IMG/VR virus record: IMGVR_UViG_3300037827_000415
Location: 1 to 64,000 of that record
Direction: 5' to 3' (one strand)
Length of the DNA: 64,000 nt
From: a virus
The notes beneath the pieces are model-generated. The model ran no database searches and was not told the DNA's origin. It saw only the letters and a program-made list of their open reading frames with translations. Positions 1 through 9,711 of the stretch are shown piece by piece. The position numbers and the translations under genes are program-made. Position 1 is the stretch's first letter. Every line of letters starts with the position of its first letter.

Positions 1-207
1 CCATTGCCATTCGCTCCGTTCTTCCGAATCACGCCACCCCATCGAATCGGTCAGTGCCGCTACAAATCCGATGATAATCACGGCCTTCAATTCGATACCA
101 CGGCTCATCTCTGCCTTGTACGAGCCGGCCGCCGCACTCCCAGCAACATCGGTCGCCCAAGGTGAGCGCGGACTTCATGAACAGCCACAGCGACCACATG
201 AATGTTT

Positions 208-873
208 TCATTCCGGCTTGTGTCCGTTCCCGTTTCGTTTGATCCGATCCAGCAACGACGTGGACTCGTCGGGCATCTCGGGCCGCTCAGCAGGCGTGGG
301 CGTGTCCGCTTGCCCCTCGGGCGCCGCACCATCCTCAGCAGTCGGCACAAGGCCGCGTTGCCCGCCCTCGGGCTTCTCGTGCAAGGCTGTGATTGGAGCG
401 GATGGCTGATCAGGCGTCAGTGGCTGCGTGCTTGGACACGGCAGTCCAGACTGAATCAGCCGCATCAAACCCGACATCGGATCCGAAGCAGGCTGATCAC
501 CCGCCGCAATCACATTCACTTGGCCGATCACTGTCTGGTTGGCCTGCGGCACGACCGGAGCGGGGTTCGGCAACGGGTCGCGGCCGCGGTCGCAGAGAAT
601 GTCTAGGAGCTTGGCCTCGCGTCGCTGGTTAACGCTGTCGATGTAAGCGAGAGCCCGCGTCGCCTCGATGCGTGCCTTCGCCTTCGGGTGATATGTGGCG
701 ATGTGCAGCAGCCCGTCGATGTGAACTTGCTGCTTGGCCGGATCGCGGCTCCAGTGGTTCGCCAAGGCGTCGCGGAGAATCGCGATGTCCGGCCGCTCGG
801 GCAACATCGACACGGGCGAATCGTCCGGCACTCCGGCGATGCTGGTCGACAGGGCTGAGGCTTGGATCACCAT
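208..873 (-). CDS. Hypothetical protein, possibly terminase small subunit-like
   Basis: 221-aa ORF with helical N-half and disordered C-half, coupled to neighbouring ORFs; function is a guess only. Confidence 0.35.
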   Translation of the reverse strand: MVIQASALSTSIAGVPDDSPVSMLPERPDIAILRDALANHWSRDPAKQQVHIDGLLHIATYHPKAKARIEATRALAYIDSVNQRREAKLLDILCDRGRDPLPNPAPVVPQANQTVIGQVNVIAAGDQPASDPMSGLMRLIQSGLPCPSTQPLTPDQPSAPITALHEKPEGGQRGLVPTAEDGAAPEGQADTPTPAERPEMPDESTSLLDRIKRNGNGHKPE

Positions 874-876
874 TGA

Positions 877-1101
877 TCACTTGCCGTCTTCGGTCGGAGC
901 AAGTGGACGGTCGTATCCAAGAACCCGTTTCACTGACGGCCATCCGAGCGGAGCCTTTACGGCACCGAGTTTCGACTCGATGTCGCGAACCCGAAGATCT
1001 GTCCCGATTGAAATCAGCGCGAGCCCCAGGACGCAAAGTCGCATCAGCCACAACAGGGTCGTTCGCTGTTCAAGATTTTTGATTCGCTCTTCGTGGTCCA
1101 T
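877..1101 (-). CDS. Small membrane protein
   Basis: 74 aa with one hydrophobic segment (LLWLMRLCVLGLALISIG). Confidence 0.55.
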   Translation of the reverse strand: MDHEERIKNLEQRTTLLWLMRLCVLGLALISIGTDLRVRDIESKLGAVKAPLGWPSVKRVLGYDRPLAPTEDGK

Positions 1102-1538
1102 GCCAATCTCCCGACGCCCACCGAGGAGGGGGTGTCCATTGGATTATTTTTGCCGGTGGGCGGCGGTTGGGGCAAGGTCAAGATCGGCGTGGCAGGACGG
1201 CTTGGTGGCCGGAGCCTGCCCTCCCAGACCGTTTCAGGTCCGCTGGATACGCCGCTTTCCAGTTGCGAGCATTTCAGTCCCAAAGCCGAAACGCCGCTGC
1301 CAGACCTGATGGTTACACGCGAGACACGAATTCGGGATCGCGTTTCCCTCTTTCGCTCGCCGCTTCACCATCGTCCTATTCCCGGGCAAGTTTCCCCACC
1401 CAGCTTTCGGTCATTCAGCAAAGCAATTCCACGGAAAACAAGTTCAGAACCAGTTCATCAAATGTGGTCGACGGTTAACTCTTCATTGGGCGTCTCCTTT
1501 GGGCCTTCGCATCGCGTTTTGGTCATCCCAATTCGCAG

Positions 1539-1566
1539 ATTATCAAAACGCCGGGCGATGCGTCAA
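1539..1566 (-). promoter_or_regulatory. Sigma70-like promoter
   Basis: TTGACG-N16-GATAAT on minus strand, preceded by an A-tract. Confidence 0.5.
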
Positions 1567-1649
1567 ATTTTTGTCGCGGGGCCGAAATTTGTGCTGCTTG
1601 GTGAGTTATCCTCAGCCTGTTACAAACTACCCTGATCTCTGAATACGAC

Positions 1650-2150
1650 CTGTCCCATAGGGACCGCTCCCTTCGCTCACTCGCTCCCAACGTCGGAGGG
1701 CTTTCCAGGGGGATGCTAACCGGGCTGTTTGGTTATGCGCTGGAAACCGTTCAAATTAGACGTTCGTCACGAATTTTGAGCGAAGTTTCGCGATTCACGA
1801 CGCAATTTCGCAGTAAGCACCTTCGTTTTTGAGGCGAAGGCATTACGTCGTGCCCGTGGTGTTTCGATTCTTGAGAACACTCTTCCGCACGGCCCCAACG
1901 GCAAATCTTCTGGGGCACTCCCCGGCTTTACGTACACCCTGCCAAGTCTCTTTACCGTTCGGCAGGGGGCGGTCTCTCACCCGCAGTCACCGGTGTTGCC
2001 AACGAACAACTCGCATGGCGAATCGTCCCAATGGCACCTCTCGCGAGTCGGCGGGCACCGCGAAAGGCCACCGCATCGGCTAAACTTCAACACCGATGCG
2101 TTATTCCCGCTGCCGGTCGTGAACCCGGCGACACTTGAGCGGGCGATCGA
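1650..2150 (-). ncRNA. Candidate large structured RNA or replication-origin region
   Basis: No convincing ORF; about 10 consecutive hairpins, with G.U pairs that work only on the minus strand. Confidence 0.45.
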
Positions 2151-2158
2151 AAATGAAG

Positions 2159-2782
2159 TCATTTATTCGATAAGTGCCGCTCCCGTAAGGTTTTCATGCC
2201 GATCGGATAACACTGCGATGCTTCCGCGTCGGCGACCGTGTTGTGTTCTCGGGGAACCCATTCCGCTTTCCACTCGCGGCCGGCCAAGATCTCCAAGCAG
2301 CGGGCACGAAGCTTTTGCAGGTGCGACTTATTGCACTTCCACGAACCGGAGAGTTGGTAGACCACGAGCTTGCTGTCACCGCGGATCGTGATCGGTCCGG
2401 GAAGTTTCAGTTCGACCAGCGCGATCTTCAGTGCCGTGCCGAGCCCGCACCATTCTGCGTGGTTATTCGTGGTCTGGGGGCCTTCGGCGATGATTTTGTG
2501 GCCGCGGTGGACTTCGACGCCTTCCGAGAAGATTTGCCAACCGATGGCTTCCGTGCCGCCCGGATTACGGGGCTCGTTGGCGCCGTCGAAGTAGATCAGC
2601 ACGCCGGTTGTGACGTGCGGGGGGGCCGGGCCGTCGCCGCGGCCAGTCTCGCTCTTCGGGGCGTTGTACTGATACCGCCCGCAGACGCAGTAAACGCAGT
2701 CCTGACCGGATTTCTGGGTGATGGTGCCTGTCTCGCCGCCGCACCAGCGGCAGGGGGCTCGCATCGTGAACGCTTCGGGCAT
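2159..2782 (-). CDS. rnhA: Ribonuclease HI with N-terminal Cys4 zinc finger
   Basis: Catalytic motifs YFDGA, TNNHAE, GDSKLV, WVPREHNTVAD; N-terminal CxxC...CxC. Confidence 0.9.
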   Translation of the reverse strand: MPEAFTMRAPCRWCGGETGTITQKSGQDCVYCVCGRYQYNAPKSETGRGDGPAPPHVTTGVLIYFDGANEPRNPGGTEAIGWQIFSEGVEVHRGHKIIAEGPQTTNNHAEWCGLGTALKIALVELKLPGPITIRGDSKLVVYQLSGSWKCNKSHLQKLRARCLEILAGREWKAEWVPREHNTVADAEASQCYPIGMKTLRERHLSNK

Positions 2783-2945
2783 CGATCACCGCGCGTAAAA
2801 AGAACCGCCTCATCAGAGTTTTCTCACGACACTGGGGAGGCGGTTCAAGAAGCAGCTTTCGCCGCGTGAATCGTCATTTTACCCAGATGCCGTGAGATTG
2901 GTCCAATTTAATCCGGCCGGCGGACCTGTCAAGCCCGAAATTTCT

Positions 2946-2975
2946 TTGACACGAGCGTGCGACAGCCGATATAAT
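2946..2975 (+). promoter_or_regulatory. Consensus sigma70 promoter
   Basis: TTGACA-N18-TATAAT just upstream of the GTG at 2981 (near-leaderless). Confidence 0.75.
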
Positions 2976-2980
2976 TCGAT

Positions 2981-3217
2981 GTGATTTACCGGATAGGAGT
3001 CATTGAAGTGGAAAACGAGTCAGACGACCAAACGATCCGCCTGTATGTCACGCTGCCGAAGCCGACGGTTGACGCAATCGACCTATTGCGTGGACCAATT
3101 ACACGTAACGAGTGGCTGTATAAGCAGATAATGCAATCGATCGGCCGCAAAGACTTGGCTGATTTGCACCGCGGGAGGGGCCGGCCTAGAAAAAACATCA
3201 CATTTTCAGAAAAATAG
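2981..3217 (+). CDS. Ribbon-helix-helix-like regulator with C-terminal RGRPRK motif
   Basis: IRLYVTLPKPTVDAID strand-helix pattern and AT-hook-like RGRGRPRK. Confidence 0.55.
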   Translation: MIYRIGVIEVENESDDQTIRLYVTLPKPTVDAIDLLRGPITRNEWLYKQIMQSIGRKDLADLHRGRGRPRKNITFSEK

Positions 3218-3229
3218 CATCGATTTATC

Positions 3230-3257
3230 TTGCAAGGCGTCCGATCCTTGGTAAAAT
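3230..3257 (+). promoter_or_regulatory. Sigma70-like promoter for small-gene cluster 1
   Basis: TTGCAA-N16-TAAAAT with TGn extension. Confidence 0.6.
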
Positions 3258-3301
3258 ACACTCAGACGCGAACGAAACACCGGAAAAGAAAGGTCAAAAC
3301 G

Positions 3302-3514
3302 ATGCAATATACAATCGAAGCCATCCGCGGAATGGACCCCCAGAATCCTCGGCAAATCGACTTGGGAGTGATGGACGAAGACGGGACCGTGGTCGAGCGG
3401 TTCACCGCATCGTCCTACGGGAAGTCGTTCATGTGGGTCCGCCGCATGTATCGCTCGTACGCCTTCGATTTGGCCGCTGGCTTCCAAGCTGTCGAATCCG
3501 CGTTTTCCGCCTAA
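3302..3514 (+). CDS. Small hypothetical protein
   Basis: ATG 3302 follows the AAAAGAAAGGTCAA motif. Confidence 0.65.
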   Translation: MQYTIEAIRGMDPQNPRQIDLGVMDEDGTVVERFTASSYGKSFMWVRRMYRSYAFDLAAGFQAVESAFSA

Positions 3515-3573
3515 TCGATCCTCATCCACCGGCATTCCACGGAGTGCCGAGACACGATGCCCGACAGTCCCTC

Positions 3574-3592
3574 AAAAAGTCGAAAGGTCAAA
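3574..3592 (+). repeat. Start-associated motif AAAAAGTCGAAAGGTCAA (representative copy)
   Basis: Copies at 3284, 3574, 3805, 7772, 8406 and 10071, each a few nt before an ATG, plus one at 31784. Confidence 0.85.
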
Positions 3593-3595
3593 GCG

Positions 3596-3784
3596 ATGCG
3601 GAAAGATCAAAAGGCAGGCTGGCGTGGAATGGATCCCGCCGTCGCAAGAGAACAGAACCGGATCTTTTATCTCCAGGTCTTCGCGGATTACGCGATCCAA
3701 ATTATGGCCTGTGAAGCACTCGGCATTGTGTTGCCGTTTCCGGTCGAATTGCACTATGCCGCTTTCACCGAAATATTCGCTTAG
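3596..3784 (+). CDS. Small hypothetical protein
   Basis: ATG 3596 follows the motif. Confidence 0.6.
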   Translation: MRKDQKAGWRGMDPAVAREQNRIFYLQVFADYAIQIMACEALGIVLPFPVELHYAAFTEIFA

Positions 3785-3823
3785 TCCGTTCTCTTTCCCC
3801 CACCAAAAAGTCGAAAGGTCAAA

Positions 3824-4159
3824 ATGATCAACTCCACCCCCCAGACCGAACAACTCGCCTCCACATTCACCCGCACGGTCCTCGCCCTGCCATCCGTGGG
3901 CGACCTGATCGACGAGCTCGGCACCGTCAACGCCGAACTGGCCGACCTTGAGAAACGCAAGGAACGCCTGCGAGACGCCCTGATCGCGGCCGGCGTGTCC
4001 GAAGGCGAAGGCACGCTCTTCCGTGCGACTGTGAGCCATGCTGAGGTGTCCCGCGTGGATTGGAAGGCCGTCGCTGAGAAGTTGGAGCCGAGCCGGCAGT
4101 TGATCGTGGCACACACGAGCGTCGTGCCGCGAGTGACTGTGAAAGTAGTCAGCCGATGA
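3824..4159 (+). CDS. Phage protein with coiled coil
   Basis: 111 aa, DELGTVNAELADLEKRKERLRDAL; ATG follows the motif. Confidence 0.7.
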   Translation: MINSTPQTEQLASTFTRTVLALPSVGDLIDELGTVNAELADLEKRKERLRDALIAAGVSEGEGTLFRATVSHAEVSRVDWKAVAEKLEPSRQLIVAHTSVVPRVTVKVVSR

Positions 4160-5282
4160 GTACCCGCCGGTTATTCATCAGCCACGACTGGCATCCCGGC
4201 GCGGATCCCAATCAACTGATCGTGTTGGAAAAGTGCCGAGACTGCCCCGAGTGCCTTGCGTACGACGATGAATGCTCGCTCATGTTTCAGGGCGTCTACG
4301 ACGATCTTGATTCTTTCCCAAAGTTTTGCCCGCTCCCCATTCTGTCGTACCCCGGAACCAAGCGACAGTTCAAGAAAGGCGAGTGAGCCATGAAGACGGC
4401 CCGCGACATGACGAAAAAGCAGTTCGACGACGCTTGCCGTGAACTCGGATTCGAGACGCACGGAATCATGGGCTACTACCGCCTGCCGTTACCGAAGAAC
4501 AGGGTTTGCGTCTCGATCCACAATGCTGGTAAGCGTCGTCGCGATCAACTGGCATACCTCATCGAGCAGGACCGCATTCAGGCCGACAAATATGGCCGAA
4601 AGGACGATTGACCATGACTGACACGCCGAAGTATCGATTGGAAGCGACAGCACGCATTGCGAGCGGGTTTGTCGCTCTTGGAATCTGGGACGAACGCGAT
4701 CAGCGGCTCGCCCAGTGCAATACTGCCGACATTGACCATGCTGCGAAGTGGGCGAACGAACAAATCCTGTTTTACGAGATCGGCAACACGGCGGACGTGC
4801 AACGGGAGATTGATCGGGCCTTCGCTGCGTTGAAGCCGGCGATCGACGGCCGGGAGGGGCTGATCGACGCGACGTTTGAGGTTATCGCCGATGGCGGCAC
4901 GGCGTTCCCATGCAATCACGGCACGAAGGATTTCGGGCCGGGGATGTCGCTAAGAGACTGGTTCGCGGGGCTGGCGATGTCAGCCGAGATTCGCAGGGAT
5001 ATGGCCGAAGAGTACGAGACGGTCGCGGAGCGTGCGTATCAGCACGCCGACGCAATGCTCGACGCACGCAACAAAAAAGCCGACTGAGAGTTCCGAGCAA
5101 TGATCTATACCGCGAATGTCGATTGTCCAGAGAAGTGTCAAGTTCCCGAAGGCTTCACGATGCACGATTTTCCGCGTCCGCGTCACGCATGGCGGGATGT
5201 GATTATTTGCCCGCACGCGGAATGCGGCCGGTGCTTCTTGCTCGTCAAAGAGCCGCACGAGTCAAATGAAAAAGCCCGCTGA
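4156..5282 (+). other. Run of small hypothetical CDSs (4156-4386, 4390-4611, 4608-5087, 5100-5282)
   Basis: Abutting or overlapping ORFs; 4608-5087 has the common phage motif GMSLRDWFAGLAM...AYQHADAML. Confidence 0.65.
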
Positions 5283-5338
5283 GAATTACTCAACGGGCCT
5301 CTATCCGGATCGTAGGCCGGCTCCCCAAAACAGTGTAT

Positions 5339-5731
5339 TCACTTCGCGTTTGGATCCTTCGCGGTCGCCGGTGCGGTCGCTCCGCTTCCCCACCCGCCGC
5401 GTTCACGCTGACGCATGTAACCGCCCAGCCATTCGACGGATCGCTTGTCGTCGCGATGGAACGGATTCGACAGCGATGACAGCCCGAGCTTTGCGGCCCG
5501 TGCACCAGACTCCGCGTCACTGGCGTGGTCGTCACGGTCGTGCCAGTCGGGTCGCTCTTCCGGCTCGTCGTCCCGCGTCTGCCGCGAGTGCACGAGTTGC
5601 GGCCCGAGGACGACAGTCCCGCCGATGACCAGCCCCAAGAGCACGGCAAAGACGGCGACGACTGCGAGCAGCTTTGAGAAATCGAGATGATGCGTGTTTT
5701 CATCCGGCATGAATCGCTCCCAGTGTTCCAA
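5339..5731 (-). CDS. Membrane-anchored hypothetical protein
   Basis: Hydrophobic segment LLAVVAVFAVLLGLVIGGTVVLG. Confidence 0.55.
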   Translation of the reverse strand: MEHWERFMPDENTHHLDFSKLLAVVAVFAVLLGLVIGGTVVLGPQLVHSRQTRDDEPEERPDWHDRDDHASDAESGARAAKLGLSSLSNPFHRDDKRSVEWLGGYMRQRERGGWGSGATAPATAKDPNAK

Positions 5732-5759
5732 TTGACCACACCATCCTAATCGGGTTTCA

Positions 5760-7016
5760 CTACGCTGTCTGCCCCGGTTTCGGCCCGACCAATGCCCACT
5801 TGCCTTCCAGCATGGCGGACAGGTTTTTCGCCTGAATCTCGGTCAGCAATTTGTGCTGTGCTCCCCACTTGATTTGGTTGCGGACGTCATCGACGACTTC
5901 GGAGTCCTTCGGCCCCTCGATGCCCTTGATCGTCTCTTCGTACATTTCCGTCGCCGTGGAACGCCATTCGGGCTCGGGAGCTGCGGCCTGCGTCGGGGCC
6001 TGAACCGGGGCTGCGGGTGAAGTGGTCTGTGCGGGTGGTGAGGGCTGAGTCGCAGTTCCCGCGTCGATGGCAGAATGGGCGGGATGCGTCGTCGGCTTTG
6101 GATCGGCCGGTGCGGCCGTCGCCGCTGGGGCCTTCGTTGCGGCCGGCCTGCCGCGTTTCTTCGCTTCTGCCGTGCCTTCGGCCGGCTTCCCGGCTGTCGA
6201 GTCACCCACGGGGGGGGACGCGGCCTGAGCGGTCTCCGGGGCTTGCGTGCGGGTTTCCAGGACGTTCGCCAGATGGTCTGATTTGGACTCGCCCGGCAGC
6301 CGGTCGGGAACGGGCCGATCATCGAATCCGTCGAAGTCCACAATTCGCCGCTGCGGATCCCCGCGTTCGGCCTGTTCATCCAGTTCGACCGCCATCGCAA
6401 GAGTCTGGCTGAGCTTCCAGACCTTTGAACTGCGGCGGATCGCCGTCTTTTTGGACATCTCCGAAAACTCGCTGAGCCAGACGTTTCGCTGCGGGATGCG
6501 AAGCAGTTCCGACTTCGGCACGACCGACAGTCCACGGCCGCCGCCGCGGGCCTCCCAGACGCAGTACGAAGCGACCACATTCTCTTGGATCATCGCCCGG
6601 TCAAGCGGAATCTCGTGCTCGATTTGCGGGCCGCTGATCGTGGCGTATTGCCGAAAGTCTTCGCCAGCCAGCACGACTTCCGCATAGACCGACTTGAGGA
6701 ACCGCGAGTTGTAGGCCAGTTCAAGAAAGCCGCGATAGCCGACAATCAACTGGCAAACCGGATTGTCCTTCCCGTATGCCACGAAATAGGCATGTCCAAG
6801 TGCCGATCCCGGAATGAGACCTAGAATCGCACAGTTCATCGCGGAGTCCGCGACGCTGCGCGGGGCGACGTTCGGGGGAAGCTTGTTCGCTTCCATCACG
6901 ACCGCGGACATGAAGTTTTCCACGTTCATGCCGGCCGGCAGTCGGCTCCGAATCGCCTCGGTGCCTTTGACGATCATCGTTGCTGCGGGATTTCTCGCCG
7001 CAATTGCTGTGCTCAC
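5760..7016 (-). CDS. recT: RecT-family ssDNA annealing protein
   Basis: AILGLIP..LGHAYFVAY..CQLIVGYRGFLELA and EMSKKTAIRR motifs; long Pro/Ala linker. Confidence 0.88.
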   Translation of the reverse strand: MSTAIAARNPAATMIVKGTEAIRSRLPAGMNVENFMSAVVMEANKLPPNVAPRSVADSAMNCAILGLIPGSALGHAYFVAYGKDNPVCQLIVGYRGFLELAYNSRFLKSVYAEVVLAGEDFRQYATISGPQIEHEIPLDRAMIQENVVASYCVWEARGGGRGLSVVPKSELLRIPQRNVWLSEFSEMSKKTAIRRSSKVWKLSQTLAMAVELDEQAERGDPQRRIVDFDGFDDRPVPDRLPGESKSDHLANVLETRTQAPETAQAASPPVGDSTAGKPAEGTAEAKKRGRPAATKAPAATAAPADPKPTTHPAHSAIDAGTATQPSPPAQTTSPAAPVQAPTQAAAPEPEWRSTATEMYEETIKGIEGPKDSEVVDDVRNQIKWGAQHKLLTEIQAKNLSAMLEGKWALVGPKPGQTA

Positions 7017-7462
7017 GTTTCTTGCCTTTCGCTCGTTTGGGTTTCGCTCACGCCCACCAAATCAACCGCACGCTCGCTCAAAAACAGCAGCATGGCCCCG
7101 AGTGCCGCGTGAAAAAGCGACTCAGGCCGCACGGCCGCTTGCGGGTCACTGGCCCGCAGTTTGTCCATCGCAATGCCGGCCACTTGCCCCGCGTCCGCTC
7201 GCCACTTGCTGGCACACTGGCGGCCCAGGAACATCGCGGTTTTCTCTTCGTCGGCCAGGATGGCGTCGAACATTCTCCGATTCGTATCGGACTTTATGCT
7301 CGGCACGCTGGCCCGGATTTCCGCGATCGCGATCTCGAACGCGACCGGCCGCAGCATCTGGATCGCGGCTTTTACCGCGGCGTCGACTTGCAGCGTGACC
7401 TTGGCGACGAGTTCGGCTGCGGCTTGCTCGGCTACTGGATCGGCTACTGGATCGGCTGTCAT
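7013..7462 (-). CDS. Hypothetical protein
   Basis: 149 aa, overlapping start/stop with neighbours. Confidence 0.6.
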   Translation of the reverse strand: MTADPVADPVAEQAAAELVAKVTLQVDAAVKAAIQMLRPVAFEIAIAEIRASVPSIKSDTNRRMFDAILADEEKTAMFLGRQCASKWRADAGQVAGIAMDKLRASDPQAAVRPESLFHAALGAMLLFLSERAVDLVGVSETQTSERQET

Positions 7463-7656
7463 TTGCCGAGCACCTTTTTCACAATCATTCCGAGCCCCAT
7501 TCTCAGCAATTCTGACAGGCTCACGCCGGCTACGTCGGCGGCACTCTTGGCCAAAGCCAGTTCCGATTTATGCAGCCTGATTCCGCATACGAAACTTTCG
7601 CCAAGCGGAGATTTCGGCCGACCGGGCTTTCGTTTTCGTTGTACGGTTTTACCCAT
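7459..7656 (-). CDS. Ribbon-helix-helix-like DNA-binding protein
   Basis: KPGRPK followed by GIRLHKSELALAKSAADVAGVSLSELLR. Confidence 0.65.
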   Translation of the reverse strand: MGKTVQRKRKPGRPKSPLGESFVCGIRLHKSELALAKSAADVAGVSLSELLRMGLGMIVKKVLGK

Positions 7657-7690
7657 TAAGCACTTATGTCTATTCGGGATTTTTTCTTAG

Positions 7691-7751
7691 TTTCTGTAGA
7701 ACAGCAATTGACAGAATGCTTTTCGGTCGTCAAGATGCTGTTATACAGAAA
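7691..7751. promoter_or_regulatory. Symmetric operator/promoter between divergent gene runs
   Basis: TTTCTGTAGAACAGCA...TGCTGTTATACAGAAA inverted repeat (15/16), with TTGAC on both strands. Confidence 0.65.
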
Positions 7752-7792
7752 CGACGTGCGGGCAGTCAAATAAAAGTAGAAAGGTCACGGCG

Positions 7793-8999
7793 ATGGCAAA
7801 GAGAGAAATCCCGGTCGGGTCGCCCAATTCGATCGCACGCTACATCGCGAACACAGACTTCGGAGAAAACGGGTTCGCGACCTTTGCGTACCACGAAGGG
7901 ATGCCTCATGTCGTCGCGGCCGGCACCTACATGCATTGCATGGCCTACATGCAGCCCGGCTATTGCATTGTGGACGTGAAACGAGTCTGGATCGTCTGGC
8001 CGACTCGCGATCGCTTCACCGGAGAACTGGCCGAAGCCTATCCGGCACCGGAGTCCACGTAGCAATGCTGACCAAACAACACGTCGAAGAATTGCGAAAA
8101 CTGTTCTGCAAAACCACTCCCGGCATGTGGTCCGCCGATACGATTCAGGTTCGCGAAAACCGCTCGGCATACCGCGTGATGACGAATGCGAAGAGTCAGC
8201 CGATCTTCGATACGCTGAATAGCGAAGTTGCGGAAATCCATGAGGATGACGACTGCTACCGATGGGATGAAACTGGCCGGAACGATTTTGCATGGATTGA
8301 GCGAGTTCACAACGACTTTCCGGCAATTTTGCGGACGATCACGAATCTGATCGAAAAGGTCGCCGAACTGGAAGTGTTGCGTTCCGACAAATAATCAGGG
8401 TTCACAAAAAGTCGAAAGGTCAACCATGTCTCAAATCACTTCGCCCCTTTCCGCCGCCGAAATTCGCGGCATCAAGTGGGTTTTCCGTTGCTCCGACGTT
8501 CGCCTGACTGGCGACGTCGTTGAGGGCTACAGGCCGTTTGTCATGCTCGGCGTGTGCGGCGATTGGAAACCGCTGGGGAGCGTCGAATCCGTATTGCGGC
8601 GAGTCAAGGCGACGGTTGCGGCTCATGGCGGTTATTGCCCGTAGAAAGGATTCTGAGATGTGCGGCTATCCACTGCCTGACGGGCTCAAGTTGCTGGACT
8701 GTGAAGCCGGACGGTGCGACCACTGCGACGAACAGGCCGGGATTAGGGCGTTTGGGCTCGACTGGTGCCCAACTTGCTGGGACGAACTCTGTGAAGCCCG
8801 TCGCGGTTGTGGCTGCTCCGAATTTTGCGATCACACGATTGCCGAACTGGGCTGCTATTCAGTGTTCGGTCGCTTCCGGCCTCCGCCGCGGCCAATCGAG
8901 CCCGACCCGGTTGACGAGTATTACGACGAGCCAGGCGGCGGCTGGGACCAAGCGTGCGAGCGGGCCGATCTTCAACGCAAACGAGCGAAGGGAGAATAA
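7793..8999 (+). other. Small-gene cluster 2, part 1 (7793-8062, 8065-8394, 8426-8644, 8658-8999)
   Basis: Closely spaced ORFs; two are preceded by the start-associated motif; the last is Cys-rich. Confidence 0.65.
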
Positions 9000-9002
9000 G
9001 CG

Positions 9003-9701
9003 ATGGGATGTGACATTCATCTGTACGTCGAGAACAAGGTCAACGGCATCTGGCAGTCCGCGGACACGTGGGACCGCGACAAGTACGCGGACGAGGGAGA
9101 AGACGCCCGACTGTCAGTCAATCAGCATTTGTACGATGGCCGCAATTACGACTTGTTCGCGATTCTGGCCAACGTGAGAAATGGCGTCGGTTTCGCCGGG
9201 TGCGACACTGGGTCCGGGTTCAAGCCGATCGCGATGCCCCGCGGATTGCCCAGTGATGTTTCTGCCGCAGTGCTGGCCAAATCTGACCGCTGGGATTGCG
9301 ACGGACACAGTCATACGTGGCTGACCGTCTCGGAACTGATCGCCTACGACTGGACACAAAAGACGAAACTTCGAGCATTCGTCAATGCTGCTGAATTCTG
9401 GAGATGGGAGCGGTACGACCGCCGACAAGGCGAGAGTCCCAATGAAACATGCGGAGGAATCGACGGGCCTCGAATCCGCAAGATCAGCGAAGCGGAGATG
9501 CGGGCGTTGCTGGAACCTTACGGCCAAGAGTGGTCGGCGGTCCCGCGGATCGCAAAAGAACTAGAGCACGTCTACTGCCGTTGCGAATGGGAACTGCCGT
9601 ATTACAAGTGCTGCCGGAATTTCCTTGCCGACACGCTCCCGCAGTTGTGGCGACTCGGTCGGCCGGATGATGTTCGGATCGTTTTCTGGTTCGACAATTA
9701 A
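9003..9701 (+). CDS. Conserved phage protein (MGCDIH...RNYDLFAILANVRN...RIVFWFDN type)
   Basis: Motif pattern recalled from a widespread phage hypothetical family. Confidence 0.75.
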   Translation: MGCDIHLYVENKVNGIWQSADTWDRDKYADEGEDARLSVNQHLYDGRNYDLFAILANVRNGVGFAGCDTGSGFKPIAMPRGLPSDVSAAVLAKSDRWDCDGHSHTWLTVSELIAYDWTQKTKLRAFVNAAEFWRWERYDRRQGESPNETCGGIDGPRIRKISEAEMRALLEPYGQEWSAVPRIAKELEHVYCRCEWELPYYKCCRNFLADTLPQLWRLGRPDDVRIVFWFDN

Positions 9702-9711
9702 CGGTGAGCCA

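Noticed and set aside
3284-3823. Repeated 18-mer as a possible CRISPR array
   Set aside because: Spacing is 230-290 bp, the intervals are ORFs, and no cas genes are present
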